Source: Phyllobates terribilis
Taxonomy: Eukaryota
Reading direction: 5' to 3'
DNA: 64,000 nucleotides
Assembly (NCBI RefSeq): GCF_046119375.1
Contig: NW_027362764.1
Span: 47,678,001-47,742,000 of the forward strand
A program made the position numbers and the translations under genes. Positions 36,801 through 51,000 of the stretch are shown one piece after another; within the stretch, counting starts at the first letter, position 1, and the number at the start of each line of letters is the position of its first letter. The notes under the pieces are model-generated. The model had not been told where the DNA came from. It ran no database searches and saw only the letters and a program-made list of their open reading frames with translations.

Positions 36801-39800
36801 AACCCCTTTAACAATTATTCTTTAAGATTGACCAACAATGTACAATTGGTGGGGGGGGGGGGGGTCCGACCTCAGCAGAGCAAACGGGGAGTGGTGCCTT
36901 TCTTAAAGTACCACAGGTCCTGTAGACTTCACCCAAGCTGATCCTACATTGATGGCCGATCTCAACGGTAAATCCGCCAACCTTAAAGTGGAGATTTTTG
37001 CACAGAGCAGAATCGTTCTGACTTCATCGTCTTCTTACCCAGTGACGACTTCACGATCGCCTTGATCCCGGCATAAACCAGAGACCCCTTGTTGCTTGTA
37101 GCTTTCTGGTCTATGTCCTCAGCATACTGCTTCATAAGTACATATATATGTATAGGAAAACAGCACAAGATGGAGGAAACCTGGCCGGGGGGGGGGGGGG
37201 GAGCGAGGAAACCTGGCCGGGGGGGGGGGGGCGAGGAAACCTGGCCGGGGGGGGGGGGGCGAGGAAACCTGGCCGGGGGGGGGGGGGGGGAGCGAGGAAA
37301 CCTGGCCGGGGGGGGGGGGCGTAGGAAACCTGGCCGGGGGGGGTAGCGAGGAAACCTGGCCGGGGGGGGGGGGGGGGGGGGAGCGAGGAAACCTGGCCGG
37401 GGGGGGGGGGGACCGAGGAAACCTGGCCGGGGGGGGGGGGGACCGAGGAAACCTGGCCGGGGGGGGGGGGGGGGGAGCGAGGAAACCTGGCCGGGGGGGG
37501 GGGGGGAGCGAGGAAACCTGGCTGGGGGGGGGGGGAGCGAGGAAACCTGGCCGGGGGGGGGGAGCGAGGAAACCTGGCCGGGGGGGGGAGCGAGGAAACC
37601 TGGCCGGGGGGGGGGGAGCGAGGAAACCTGGCCGGGGGGGGGGGGGAGCGAGGAAACCTGGCCGGGGGGGGGGGTAGCGGGGAAACCTGGCCGGGGGGGG
37701 GGGGGAGCGAGGAAACCTGGCCGGGGGGGGGGGGAGCGAGGAAACCTGGCTGGGGGGGGGAGCGAGGAAACCTGGCCGGGGGTGGGGAGCGAGGAAACCT
37801 GGCCGGGGGTGGGGAGCGAGGAAACCTGGCCGGGGGTGGGGAGCGAGGAAACCTGGCCGGGGGTGGGGAGCGAGGAAACCTGGCCGGGGGTGGGGAGCGA
37901 GGAAACCTGGCCGGGGGTGGGGAGCGAGGAAACCTGGCCGGGGGGGGGAGCGAGGAAACCTGGCCGGGGGGGGGGAGCGAGGAAACCTGGCCGGGGGGGG
38001 GGGAGCGAGGAAACCTGGCGGGGGGGGGGGGGGGGAGCGAGGAAACCTGGCGGGGGGGGGGGGGGGGAGCGAGGAAACCTGGCTGGGGGGGGGGGGGGGA
38101 GCGAGGGGGTAGCGAGGAACCTGGCCGGGGAGGGGGGGGGGGGGGAGCGAGGAAACCTGGCCGGGGAGGGGGGGGGGGGGGGGAGCGAGGAAACCTGGCC
38201 GGGGGGGGGGAGCGATTTGCAATCAGAGGTGGGAGTACAGGTGCACGCTGAAATTTGTGGTCCACAATCCTATCCTTATGATATGTCATCAATATCACAC
38301 TGGTGGGGGTCCGACACCTGGCACCCCACTGATCAGTTGTTACCAGATCCCGTAGAGGTGACACAATCTACTACCCGCAGCTCTGAACATCTTGCTGCCC
38401 CTGTTCCTGCAGTTCGGCTCCTATTGACTTCAATGGGAGCCGATATTGGCCACAGCTCTGTACACCGTGTACTCTCAGGACACCACGTGACCTGCTGACG
38501 GCCAATCGGAGGGAGCGCTGGTCCAGTCTGATAATGATGACCTATCCTAAGCATAGCTCAGCAGTATCTAATTCCTGGACAATCCCTTTAAAAAGGGGAT
38601 ATCTAGGACTTTCTGAAAAACAAACAAAAAAAAATAACATGTACCTAAGCACTAACAGGCAGGTAGTTGCTACTCACCTGCCAGTTGTGCCGGCACCGCT
38701 CTTCCCTGCTGACGTCATGTCGACAGATTCTTTTCCACGCCGCTGTCGACAGGGCAGGACTTCCAACGTCATTATGATTGACAGCTGGATTCACGCTGCC
38801 TATCTTGGGGAGCCAGCTGTCAATCAAAATGATGTTGGAAGTCCCACCCTGTCAACAGAGCAGGGCGGAAAAAGAAACCTCCGCTTTGTCGACGTGACGT
38901 CAGCAGAGGCAGCTGATTCCCCGGGAGGAGCGGTCTGTGACCACTGTGTGCCGGGGAAGAATGGAAGCGGGCACAACAGACAGGTAAGTAGCAGTTACCT
39001 GCCTGTTAGTGCTTGGGCACATTTTATGTTTTTCAGAAAGTCCCAGGTATCCCCTTTAAATACACTTCTTGAAAAGCTGGATGACAATCATCCATCTTTC
39101 CCCTGCTCCGGAATGGCAAAGTCAGTGTACTATACAGCAAGGGGAAAAACAAGAAGCAGTTAGGCTTTGTTCACACAGATGTTTCCCTCCACCCCTCTCA
39201 AAACCTCTTGGCAAACTCTTCCTATTCATTTCTATGGGAATGCACTTTGCTGTTCACATGAAGAGTTTGAGCTTTTTATTTCCCTTCTAAAGTCTGAATC
39301 TTTTTGCTCAATTTCTACTCGAAAACGCGGCAAAAAACACAACTTTTGAGATTTGGAGAGTTTCCGCTCATTTTCTGCTCCAAAAACTCCATGTGCACAC
39401 ACCCTTAGAAGTTTTGATAAATGCTTGGTGGAAAAAAAAATGCAAGTGCGTGTGACTTCTCTGAAGTAGATCCTGAAGGAACCATCTCCAAACTAGACCT
39501 CACTGACACGTCACTGACCTCACCGGCCCTTCTTGCCTCCTGGATTACCCCTTTAAAGTCACATGACAGTGGTCAGATTAGACATCACCCAACAGAACCC
39601 CGAAACGGATCGGGCCCGGCCCCCACTTGCCACTTTGAAGGATATAGTGCAAAGTGTACCAGAGAGATTTGAGCTGAGGGTCTTCATTCCCGGCCAGCAG
39701 ATGGTTTCTCCAGACCTGCTCCGTGTCCAGGCCGTACCGTGATAAAGCCCTGAGCCTCATCTTGGTGGCAATGTCCCTCTCTAGAGAGCGGTCCTTCCCT

Positions 39801-40946
39801 TCCTCCGTACACTCGTAGAGCTGCCGGCTGCACGCCCACATCAGCGACGTGGTCGGACTCCAGGCCAGGGAAATGCGCTCGAACACTGTGAAGTCAGACA
39901 TGGCCCTGTTGGGGGTCACCACCACCATCCGATTCTGGCTTGTGGGATGCCACGCGAAGGAGGCGATGTAGTTCTCACACGGCTGGACGCTCCTCTCGAT
40001 GATAGTGGGCTCTGTTTCATCCCCGATGGGCGTAGGGGTGTGCTGCATATCATACAGTCTGATAATATTACTGTCCCGGGTTAGGGTTGCGAGTAACCCC
40101 GTCCTCGTCGGGCACCAGGCTACCTTGCTCAGTGGCTTTGGCTGCTCGGTAAGGGTCAGGACCGGCTTTTCAAATTTTCGAAGGTCCCAGATGGCCACCT
40201 GTCCTTCGAAAAAAGAGGCCACCCTGTCGTGGAAGTGCGGGTCCACGGTCACCCCTTGCACCGCTTTGTGTTTACGAACATTTTCTGGTTGGTGTTTCGC
40301 AGGTCGAATATGGCGAGGTTACGATGCATCCCGGCCAGGAGCAACTTCTGGTCCCTGGGAAGCCAGGAGAGGGACAGACAGGCGTCGTTCTGGCCCAGCT
40401 CATACAGGGCTTCGTCACCACCAAGCTCGTCTCGTTGTCACCGGTGGAAAGGCGAACCTTTTCCATGGGAACGGTGGCATCGGGGGTGTACTTGCTGCTG
40501 ATGTCCCAAATCAGAACGGAGAAGTCGGCCCTGTGCTTGTCCAAGCCGGCCGCCAGCCAGTTACTGTCCAGGGGATTCCAGGCCAGCGTGTTGCACTGTC
40601 TGGCGTGTTTAGGGACAAACTCCTTACCTATCAGATCTCGGCATTTAGATTTGTGGTCCTGGCCCAGGCTGGTGAGGACCACCCTGCCATTAGCCTGGCC
40701 CACAGCCAAGAGGCACTCCGGGTCATATTTTGGATACCAAGCCACGCATTTCATATAGGGGGTATCGGAGTTTATAGCCAGGAGTGTGGCGGTGGTCTCC
40801 TCCGAGAGTCGTAACGATCCGGCCTTGAGCTCGGAATTGGCGTTAGCCCTGGACTCGATGTGATAGAGGATGAGCTCAGAGTCGCACACCACAAACCTGT
40901 CCACATGGTGAGGGGCCCACAGGATGTCCGGCTTAGAGCCGCTCAT
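30843..40946 (-). CDS. MIOS: MIOS copy A, same 10 exons, two 1-nt deletions in exon 1; probable assembly duplicate
   Basis: Exons 40946-39646, 37137-37039, 36167-35910, 35155-34986, 34839-34774, 34542-34384, 32475-32323, 31869-31665, 31233-31104 and 30939-30843. The frameshifts at ~40268 (GG>G) and ~40408 (GGGG>GGG) are both in homopolymers. Confidence 0.85.
33757..34037. mobile_element. hAT-type MITE in a MIOS intron (copy at 47918-48198)
   Basis: tagagatgag...ctcatctctg ends, 8-bp TSD cttgctac/cttgttac. Confidence 0.8.
36584..36807. mobile_element. TTAA-flanked MITE (copy at 50745-50968)
   Basis: TTAA|aggggttgtct...agacaacccct|TTAA. Confidence 0.85.
37172..38213 (+). repeat. G-rich minisatellite, copy A
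   Basis: Unit ggaaacctggcc-G(7-18)-agcga, roughly 35 units, with some ggggtgggg variants. Confidence 0.96.
38594..39055. mobile_element. Palindromic TTAA-type MITE inside the U12 intron (copy at ~52742-53203)
   Basis: aggggatatctaggactttctgaaaa...ttttcagaaagtcccaggtatcccct|TTAA, with nested internal inverted repeats. Confidence 0.82.
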
Positions 40947-41054
40947 TATTTACAGCTTAGTGAACACTAAAAATAAAGAGAAAAATAAGTAAAAACATAC
41001 AAAGTCTGCACAGAAACTGCTCCAGAGGAGAAATAAACTAATAACTAATAATAC

Positions 41055-42852
41055 TGCCCCTTATGTACAAGAATATAACTACTATAATACTGCTCCTATG
41101 TACAAGAATATAACTACTATAATACTGCTCCCTATGTAGAAGAATATAACTACAATAATACTGCCGCTATGTACAAGAATATAACTACTATAATACTGCC
41201 CCTATGTACAAGAATATAACTACTATAATACTGCTCCTATGTACTAGAATATAACTACTATAATACTGTCCCCTATGTACAAGAATATAACTACTATAAT
41301 ACTGCCCCCTATGTACAAGAATATAACTACTATAATACTGCCTCTATGCACAAGAATATAACTACTATAATACTGCCCCCTATGTACAAGAATATAACTA
41401 CTATAATACTGCCCCCTATGTACAAGAATATAACTACTATAATACTGCCCCCTATGCACAAGAATATAACTACTATAATACTGCCCCCTATGTACAAGAA
41501 TATAACTACTATAATACTGCCCTCTATGCACAAGAATATAACTACTATAATACTGCCCTCCTATGCACAAGAATATAACTACTATAATACTGCCCCCTAT
41601 GTACAAGAATATAACTACTATAATACTGCCCCTATGTACAAGAAGATAACTACTATAATACTGCCCCTATGTACAAGAATATAACTACTATAATACTGCC
41701 CTTATGTACAAGAATATAAACTACTATAATACTGCCCTCTATGCACAAGAATATAACTACTATAATACTGCCCCCCCTTAATTGGGTACAAGAAGATAAC
41801 TACTATAATACTGCTCCCTATGTACAAGAATATAACTACTAAAATACTGCTCCCTATGTACAAGAATATAACTACTATAATACTGCCCCCTATGTACAAG
41901 AATATAACTACTATAATACTGCCCCCTATGTACAAGAATATAACTACTATAATACTGCCCCCTATGTATCAAGAATGATAACTACTATAATACTGCCCCC
42001 TATGTACAAGAATATAACTACTATAATACTGCCCTTATGTACAAGAATATAACTACTATAATACTGCCCTCTATGCACAAGAATATAACTACTATAATAC
42101 TGCCCTCTATGCACAAGAATATAACTACTATAATACTGCCCCCTATGTACAAGAATATAACTACTATAATACTGCCCCTATGTACAAGAAGATAACTACT
42201 ATAATACTGCCCCCTATGTACAAGAATATAACTACTATAATACTGCCCTTATGTACAAGAATATAACTACTATAATACTGCCCTCTATGCACAAGAATAT
42301 AACTACTATAATACTGCCCCCTATGTACAAGAATATAACTACTATAATACTGCCCCTATGTACAAGAAGATAACTACTATAATACTGCTCCCTATGTACA
42401 AGAATATAACTACTATAATACTGCTCCCTATGTACAAGAATATAACTACTATAATACTGCCCTCTATGTACAAGAATATAACTACTATAATACTGCCCCC
42501 TATGTACAAGAATATAACTACTATAATACTGCCCCTATGTACAAGAATATTAACTACTATAATACTGCCCCCTATGCACAAGAATATAACTACTGCCCCT
42601 ATGTACAAGAATATAACTACTTATAATACTGCCCTTATGTACAAGAATATAACTACTATAATACTGCCCTCTATGCACAAGAATATAACTACTATAATAC
42701 TGCCCCCTATGTACAATAATATAACTACTATAATACTGCCCCTATGTACAGATGATAACTACTATAATACTGCCCCCTATGTACAAGAATATAACTACTA
42801 TAATACTGCCCCCTATGTACAAGAATATAACTACTATAATACTGCCCTCTAT
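41055..42852. repeat. 36-bp AT-rich satellite, copy A, cut by the gap
   Basis: Unit tatgtacaagaatataactactataatactgccccc. Confidence 0.97.
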
Positions 42853-45003
42853 NNNNNNNNNNNNNNNNNNNNNNNNNNNNNNNNNNNNNNNNNNNNNNNN
42901 NNNNNNNNNNNNNNNNNNNNNNNNNNNNNNNNNNNNNNNNNNNNNNNNNNNNCAAAAGCAGTCTGAAGTTTCCACAGGTCCCAAGAAATCATTCTTCCGT
43001 CCTTCTGCGATAACCCCAAAGACGATAATGAGGCTAGTTTCCACATCTTAGATGTTCTTTTCCAGGGTTCAAACAAAGGCTAGGCGGCATCTAAGAGGAC
43101 CCTTGCTAGATGGGTTAAATCCACAATATCTCTGGCCTACTCTTCAGGCGGACACTCCATCTCTGAAAATTTGAAAGCCCACTCTATCAGAGCGAAATCC
43201 ACCTCATGGGCGCAGAAAGGGCCAATGCTACTCTTGAGCAGATCTGTAGAGCAGCAACTTGGTCCTCACCATCCACATTTTTCAGACCCTATCGGTTGGA
43301 TTTGGGTGCTTCTGATCTTTCCTTTAGGAGAAAGGTTCTTCAAGCGGTGGTCCCTCCCTACGGGGTCCTATGTCATCTCTCGTATGGTGCTGTCATGGGG
43401 ATGGGAAAAATTATAATTACTTACCCGTAATTTGATTTTCCAGAATCCAGGACAGCACCCTTCTTATTCCCTTCCCTACAATGGTTTTGGGTTGTTTTCT
43501 AATATCGCAAATTGTAGTGGGTGAAGCAGAAAAAAAATAAATTCTAGTATAATATGTATATAATTATATCTATGCGTGTATTACTAATTAAATGGATGCT
43601 ATGTAAACCACTGAAGCAGGAGGAGAGGCTCCGCCCTTTTAAATCTGTTGGTTTCCTGTCCTCGTGGGGGGGGGGGGGATCCTCTCTCTCTCCTACAGTG
43701 CTGTCGTGGGTTCTGGGAAATCAAATTACCGGTAAGTAATTATTTTTTGGCCACCAAGGTAAACACTATGTCTGGTGCCAAACCAACACAACTCATCACC
43801 CAAAGAACTCCATCCCCATGACGGCAGCATCATGGTGTGGGGATGTTTTTCGGCAGCAGGGACAATGGTCCGAGTCGAGGGGAAAATGGATGGTTGAACT
43901 GATGCAAACCCTCAAAACAAACAGTGAAATTCCAGGGCCAGAGTGTGAGGTAGCAAGACAAATAAGAGGTGTGAATACTTTTGCAAGCCACTAACTCAGG
44001 ATCAGTAATGTATGTACACAGTGACAGTGACTGCACCAGCAGAATAGTGAGTGCAGCTCTGGAGTATAATACAGGATGTAACTCAGGATCAGTACAGGAT
44101 CAGTAATGTAATGTATGTACACAGTGACTGCAGCAGCAGAATAGTGAGTGCAGCTCTGGAGTATAATACAGGATGTAACTCAGGATCAGTACAGGATCAG
44201 TAATGTAATGTATGTACACAGTGACTCCACGAGCAGAATAGTGAGTGCAGCTCTGGAGTATAATACAGGATGTAACTCAGGATCAGTAATGTAATGTATG
44301 TACACAGTGACTCCACCAGCAGAATAGTGAGTGCAGCTCTGGAGTATAATACAGGATGTAACTCAGGATCAGTACAGGATCAGTAACGTAATGCATGTAC
44401 ACAGTGACTGCACCAGCAGAATAGTGAGTGCAGCTCTGGAGTATAATACAGGATGTAATTCAGGAGCAGTACAAGATCAGTAATGTAATGTATGTACATA
44501 GTGACTCCACCAGCAGAATAATGATTGCAGCTCTGGAAAGAAATCTATACAGAAATAATGATCTTTATATGTAAACTATGAGACAATGTCTGATGAGGGA
44601 CAATCGCTTTAGAAACACACAGTGGCAATGCAGTAAAGGAGGAAAACATAACCAGTCCAGCTGACGATTTCATATCAATAACTGGGGGCAGAACAGTCAG
44701 CTTCACCTGCTCCAGCGCTCAGGTCTATCGCTTTACATACAAGGATTGTGAATCATCCAGAAATCAAAAACTTTCCTTTAAATAGATCCCTTTCTGGAGA
44801 GGAGCGTTCAGTCCGTGTAACAAGCGCGGTTCTGCGGATCACCGTCTGTCCGTGTACAGATCCTTCGGGACTATGGCACTGTGTAACCCATCAGTCCTGT
44901 GAGCTGAGCATGGCTGCAGCTCACATACGTCATTCTGTCGGCCCGTCTCGTCTCTGACGCTTGGCCGGGTCTTGCACGATGGTGTCCTAGATGAGGATGG
45001 GAG

Positions 45004-48000
45004 TTACGGCTGTGCCGTCTCGGCAGGCACCAGGTTGCCTGTTGTATCCAGCTGCATGCACTTACAGGAGCAGGCGGACACCGGGCACTCTGTGTGATCT
45101 CTGCAAAACACGACAGGGACAAGGGCAATTATCGCAAAAAAAAATAAAAATAAAATGGCTGCAGCCATGTTATGTCCACGGCAGGACCCAGACATTGCAA
45201 ACCCTCTATAAAGACCCTACACCATGAAAAGGCAATGATGGGAAGTGGTTAACCCATTCCTTACCTGAACCAGCTCATCATATGTCCGGCGTGACCACCG
45301 TGTCGACAGTTGTGACACCACGTGAACCAATTGTTGAACTGGGCCACCTTCTTCTCCTTGCTGAGGTCGACCTTCTCATCAGACTTCGATGCCCCTATGA
45401 AGAAACCGTTCAGACATTGCGAAAGGAAAATCACATCGACACTGCGCATCGTTAAGTTCAGCAGCTTTGCCGAGGCAGATTAAATCAGCCATCAGGTGCA
45501 GGAAAAGATGCGGGCTCAGTGTCAGAGCCCGCATGAAAGGCAGGGACACTACCTTTGACGTACTAGGGATGTGACATTAAGGGTTGTTACATAAGCATGC
45601 TATTCTTCAAGAAGTGTCCGGTAATCTAAGCAAACGGCAGTACACGATACAATTAGGAATCCCTCAGTTCTTGGATTTTTAATAAGTTGTAAATTGCAAA
45701 GTTTTTACAAAAAAAAACAAAAAAACTGTGTGCAATTTTACTGATTTAAGAAGATGGGAAAAATCCCTTGTGGCTTCATGTAGAAAAATCCAGAAAAGCT
45801 CTGTGGGTTAATCTGCGGAGATTACCTGGACAACTAGAGATGGGATTTCCCATGTTGATGAGGCAGAGAGCGCAGCGTGGCAGGGGCTTTCGGCAGCCGG
45901 GGCAGCTGGTGAACTTTGACTTTGTCGGTGACCCGCTGACTCCATACTGGCTGAATCCTCGGCCCTGGTGCGGTACGGACGAGCAGCTGTAAGAGATGGA
46001 TTTCCCACAGAAATTACAGCTCACAAACACCTGCAAAAAAAAAATAAAATAAAAATTTACATTTTCCATTCTAAGGAAAAAAAAAAAAAAAATATCCAGT
46101 GTCACTAAAATCAACAAAAACCCAGGTATTTTTTTTTCTTTCAAAGTATTTTGTTAGTGAAGACTAATTATATAATACGACTTTCTACTATATCCTGATT
46201 ATTTGCTGTAGTGTATAAATCACGTATATTAACCTGAAGTTAAAGTTGTATTCTCATCTCCAAGATCCTATCCTAATATGTAGTAGGTGTAATAATATTA
46301 ACAAATACCGCCAACTAGAATAGTAGCATAGTTATTTAATATAGTTAATATTATTATACCCATTTGCAATCAGGCTTTATTCCTGGTGGATATAGCAGTC
46401 TGGAAGATGATTTGCTCACGTGATCGGGTCTGAATACCGCATGGATGTGATAACAAGATACAGCCAGCAGAGCAAGAACCGACCTGCGCCAGAGGCTTGG
46501 AGCTGGGGTCCAGTTTACTCCGGTGGATATCAAACTCCGCTCTTTTATGCCAAAACCTCCAAGCGTCCAGCAAGTTCCTATAATTTTCTATCCAGTACTG
46601 GACTCGCTCATCCTTCAGCACATCTGATGGGGATCCCTAAGGAACCATGACAAAAGCAACAAGTATGGTTAGAAAAGGAAAAAAGGAACATCCATATAAC
46701 ATCACTGCTGCAATCCAGTGCCATCTCATTACATGTATTCCCTGCTTGTTCAGGGTCTGCACAGCGCTCGCCTGCCTTTAGGGTGGTCTATCGGGCTCAT
46801 TTTACAAAGACTGATGTCAAATGTACGGCATAAATGTCAGGTGGATAGAAGCAGGTCCAATCATTTCTACAGGAGCTCCAGAAATCGTCCTAGAGATGAA
46901 TAAACAGACGCACATGCACGGCCGCCTCTTCATTCCAGTTTTTGAGATTGATGCAGGTATCGACATCTATCAGACATTTCTGATATAGCCCATCGATTCT
47001 CCATAAATGTCCGACATGGGATAACCCCATTAAATCAGAGAACACCAGGGATCTCACCCACTTGATACTACTTGCATCCTCCTGCATCATTCCACTGGAG
47101 GTCACAGAATAAGTCAAATATTTAAAAAAAAAATTAAGAAACATTTTTTTGGGTATTTTAGATAAAAAAAAAATAAAATTTAAGTGTAATAAAATGCTAC
47201 AAAAAAGGTACAAATATTATTGAGCTGTAAAATTAGAGAGATTGCAAAAACAAGTTCCACCGACCAACAATGAAGTCTGTGGAGGTAAAAGTCCCGTGCA
47301 ACTTGTAACTGTACGAAAACCCGACCGGTTCGGATTCTATGCGACGTTTGTGTCGCAATTGTATTAGGTCACGGGTGTTAAAATAAGTCGGCTGTTCAAT
47401 GAGATCTTGCAAGTGACATGATCTTTATGACACGTAACATACTAAGGTTAGGGTTAAAGATAGACGGACGATCTTTAGATGCCACCATAGTCTATGGGGC
47501 TATTTTATGTCTGTGACAGCCATTTTTTTATGGGAGTCACAGACATGAGCCCATAGACAGTTTTTAGATGCCACATATTTCTAATATTTCTGTTATTTAA
47601 TAGATATGATTATAAATATATATTTTTTTATAATATATCATATATGAAATAGAAATAAAATTGATATATTAAAAAAAAGTATATATTCTATATAAATAAG
47701 TTAGTGTCACGTACATACCTTTTTTTGCCACAGGTTGCATGATATGTTGCTCTTGCCCCAATAACACTTTGTGCGCGAACACTGTGAATCACATGCAAAA
47801 TGTCTGCGATGTGACTTTTTATTGTAAGGCTAAGGCCCCTCAGTGACGTCTGAGAATTGCTCATGACGACACAAGTCACAAAACTAAAAACATTTATGCA
47901 ACTTGAATACTTGCTACTAGAGATGAGAGGGTCGATTCGCAGGACTCCGGGTCCAGCGTCCAGGTCAGTGGTACATGGCGGATAGATGGGAGGCCCACGA

Positions 48001-51000
48001 GTCTCTTACCTTCCGGCGTCCTCGATGTTACATTTGATTTGTCAAGGATGGTACGACGTTATCCGAGTCCCGCCAGCCCTGGCTAATCAAAAGCTACCAC
48101 GCCGCCGGAAGGTAAGAGATCCACAGTCCTCCTGTTCAGCCGCCAGGTACCACCGCTGACCTGGACACAAGTCCCATGAATCGATCCGCTCATCTCTGCT
48201 TGTTACCAATTTTTAGCTGTTATTTTGTGGGGGGGAAAAAAAAAAAACAGTCAAATTACAGAGAAGTTGCACGCAACTCGAAGTTTATGGCAATGTTACT
48301 CTTGAATTGAGCAAATTTGCCCAAACAGAAATCCGGGAGATACGTTCACAAAATATTTACATTGCACATTGCCATCTTAGGCGACAACGTGTCACCGTGT
48401 AGCTCCAGTCTGCTTTATCTATTGGGAATTGGTCCCAATATTCACATGTCCCGACACCGTGCTAATCCCAGATGTTGGACCGCTTTTCCAGATTTTAAAG
48501 AAAGTGTGTAGGAATAAGGGTAGGACTCCATAGTCCCGTCTTACCTGCAGCATGCAGTAACTCGCAGTCTGCACGTCACCCGTTCTATCCACGTAACTTT
48601 CAATCAGGTCCACCCCGTCCTTCGTCAGTCCGGTCAGGACGATGCCCTCAAGGTTTCCCACGTCCTTCATGTCCTGGGTCAGCTTGTCGATGTATTTAAT
48701 TAACTGCAACAAATAAAAATTGCAACGCAAGATAAAAAATATCCTGCACCAAACAAAGCCTTCAACAACAAGATCAAACCCCTTTGGCACGACACAGAGC
48801 TTTCACTTATGTGATGGGTGGGGGAATGTTGTGTCGGATCATATCAGTAGAGGGTAAGCCCCTGTAATTCTGGTAGTATGGAGTAATGACTGGATCACAC
48901 ACGGTCAGCATTAGTGGCCACCTCGATGTCTCACCTGGGCATCATTTAGGAACAAGCAGGCGAAGGCCACCCGATCCCTCACCGCCATAGTGCAATCAAA
49001 CTGCAATAATGGAGAACAAGTGTTAGTGCACACAACAGACATCAACAGAGCCCCCCATCTTAGCCTGAACCCCGCCAAGGCCCCGTATACGTCACACACG
49101 AATGCACGAAAATACAAAAGGATAAAAACATCATGAACCAACTTACCAGAACGGTGTCGTAGCAGCTGGGGTCGCTGGTGAGGAAGGCAAACATGACGGC
49201 AAGGTAAGGGTTACTCAGCTGATTTCGGAGGGAGCTGCACATCTCTCTCCAGAGGGAATTCTTTTCGTCTGTGTATCCGGAAAGCGCCATCGCTACCACA
49301 TTCAGGTTCAGATCTCCTACAAGAAAAAATAAAAAATAAATGAAATCATTACTACGGCTGCAAGAAGAGAAAGGCCGGTGCAGATGGGAGGACCCGAAAC
49401 AACGGCAGCGATGCGACTACAGGGTGTATGAATATCATCTACGGATCCCACATTAAAGGGGGTGTCCAGAGCTTATCCATACGATCAAGATCAGATCGGT
49501 GGGGGTCCGACATCGGCAAGTCCTGCTGCAGCCAATATGTCGCTCATCTCCTATTCACTTCATAGGGGACCTGGTAAAGCATCCTTACTGACAGGGCTCG
49601 GATTATGGACGGACTGCAAACTCTACATTTGGGTCTTTTGTGCTTCCTACCTTTATCATGGTTGTCAGTGTCTGTGTGCTCCCCTCTTATTCCCATCCTC
49701 TCACATTATCACTCCATACTTCACTGTCCTACCAGTTTCATTTTTTTATTTTTTTTTTTTTATTCCTCCTTCATTTTTGGGTTCTACTTGGTTTCCTGTG
49801 TGATCCCGGATCCTATATGGCCAGTCTTGAATTGACTTATATTTATATTGCTATGCTACAAGTGTCCAACGGTGAAGGGTCCGACCTGCTGACCACTAGA
49901 ACGAGGGGCGCTTGTCACTTTGTGGGCTCGTGCCTGGCGGGGGTCAGAGCTCCAACCATCAGACATTGGTGACATGTCCCACCCCGAAAAAGAAAAATAT
50001 TTATTATACACGGTAAAGGAAAAAAAAAAAAATGATACAAGGAATTAAATAGGATTAAAGCCCCCCTAACCTTTCCCGGTGGATGCCCCTTTATTCAGGA
50101 TCTGGATGGCGCGACGGATATCCAGGTTGAACAATGCGATGGCCGCTGCTCTCTCCCATTCTCCTTCCTGTTCCAGTGAGGTCAGGAACGGTCCGATATC
50201 CGTGTTTGATCCCTTCTTTCTCCAGCCGCAAAGCTGCAGCGCCAAACTGCGCTCCTCGCTGACATAATGGACCACGTCCGTCTGACGGTCAGAACCGCTC
50301 CAGCTGCACCGGACGTTCTCCGTCGTTCCTATGATGGGATACGATGTGATTAGATCACTGTATATAAAGCGTTATCACTGTATACTGGCACGTTCTGCAA
50401 CTTTACAACTTTATATTTTCATTTCTGCTAACTTGCAAGATCTGTGCTTGCTGTCTGTGACTAGGAGCGTTCTTGAAGATACCTGATAATTCCTAAAGCT
50501 AAATTAGCACCTGGTGCAAAATGCTGACCTGCCTAGAATGGAAATAATCAGGAAAAAGCTCCATAATTGGGTATTGTATGCTGGGAGATTTCAGCTCTGA
50601 AGCCTTTTGAAAAGGTTAAAGCAGCCAAGGTGTGTCTGAGGATTACACCAAAGTAGGTAATATAATCTTAACTCAATTTTTTTTAGCCCGATTTTTTTTT
50701 TTTTTTTGCTGATCTACAAAGTCATTCAGACACTGAGGAATTAAAGGGGTTGTCTGGCCACAAAAGTCAAAAAGATGGGGTAAAAGAACAAGAGAATCTG
50801 GATAGCACAGGTGTCTTTACTTCTTGTCTGCATGGATAAGTGAGAATGGCAATCACTACAGCAAGTGATTAGCGGCAGCGGTCACAGAAGGAAGCAGAGC
50901 CTGGCATGGACAGATTAGAAAAGCATGAATTATTTTATATAATTCTGCACTGTGTACAGACAACCCCTTTAACAATTATTCTTTAAGATTGACCAACAAT

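Noticed and set aside
37119-38498. Pro-rich and Gly-rich ORFs resembling formin or extensin (also 51144-52646)
   Set aside because: They are translations of an intronic G-rich minisatellite, and the frames differ between the two copies.
39578-40946. MIOS processed or frameshifted pseudogene
   Set aside because: Introns are retained, and the two lesions are homopolymer deletions near a contig end, so sequencing error is more likely.
41244-42966. Hydrophobic repeat ORFs (GGSIIVVIFLYI) suggesting membrane proteins (also 55342-57161)
   Set aside because: They are translations of the 36-bp satellite.
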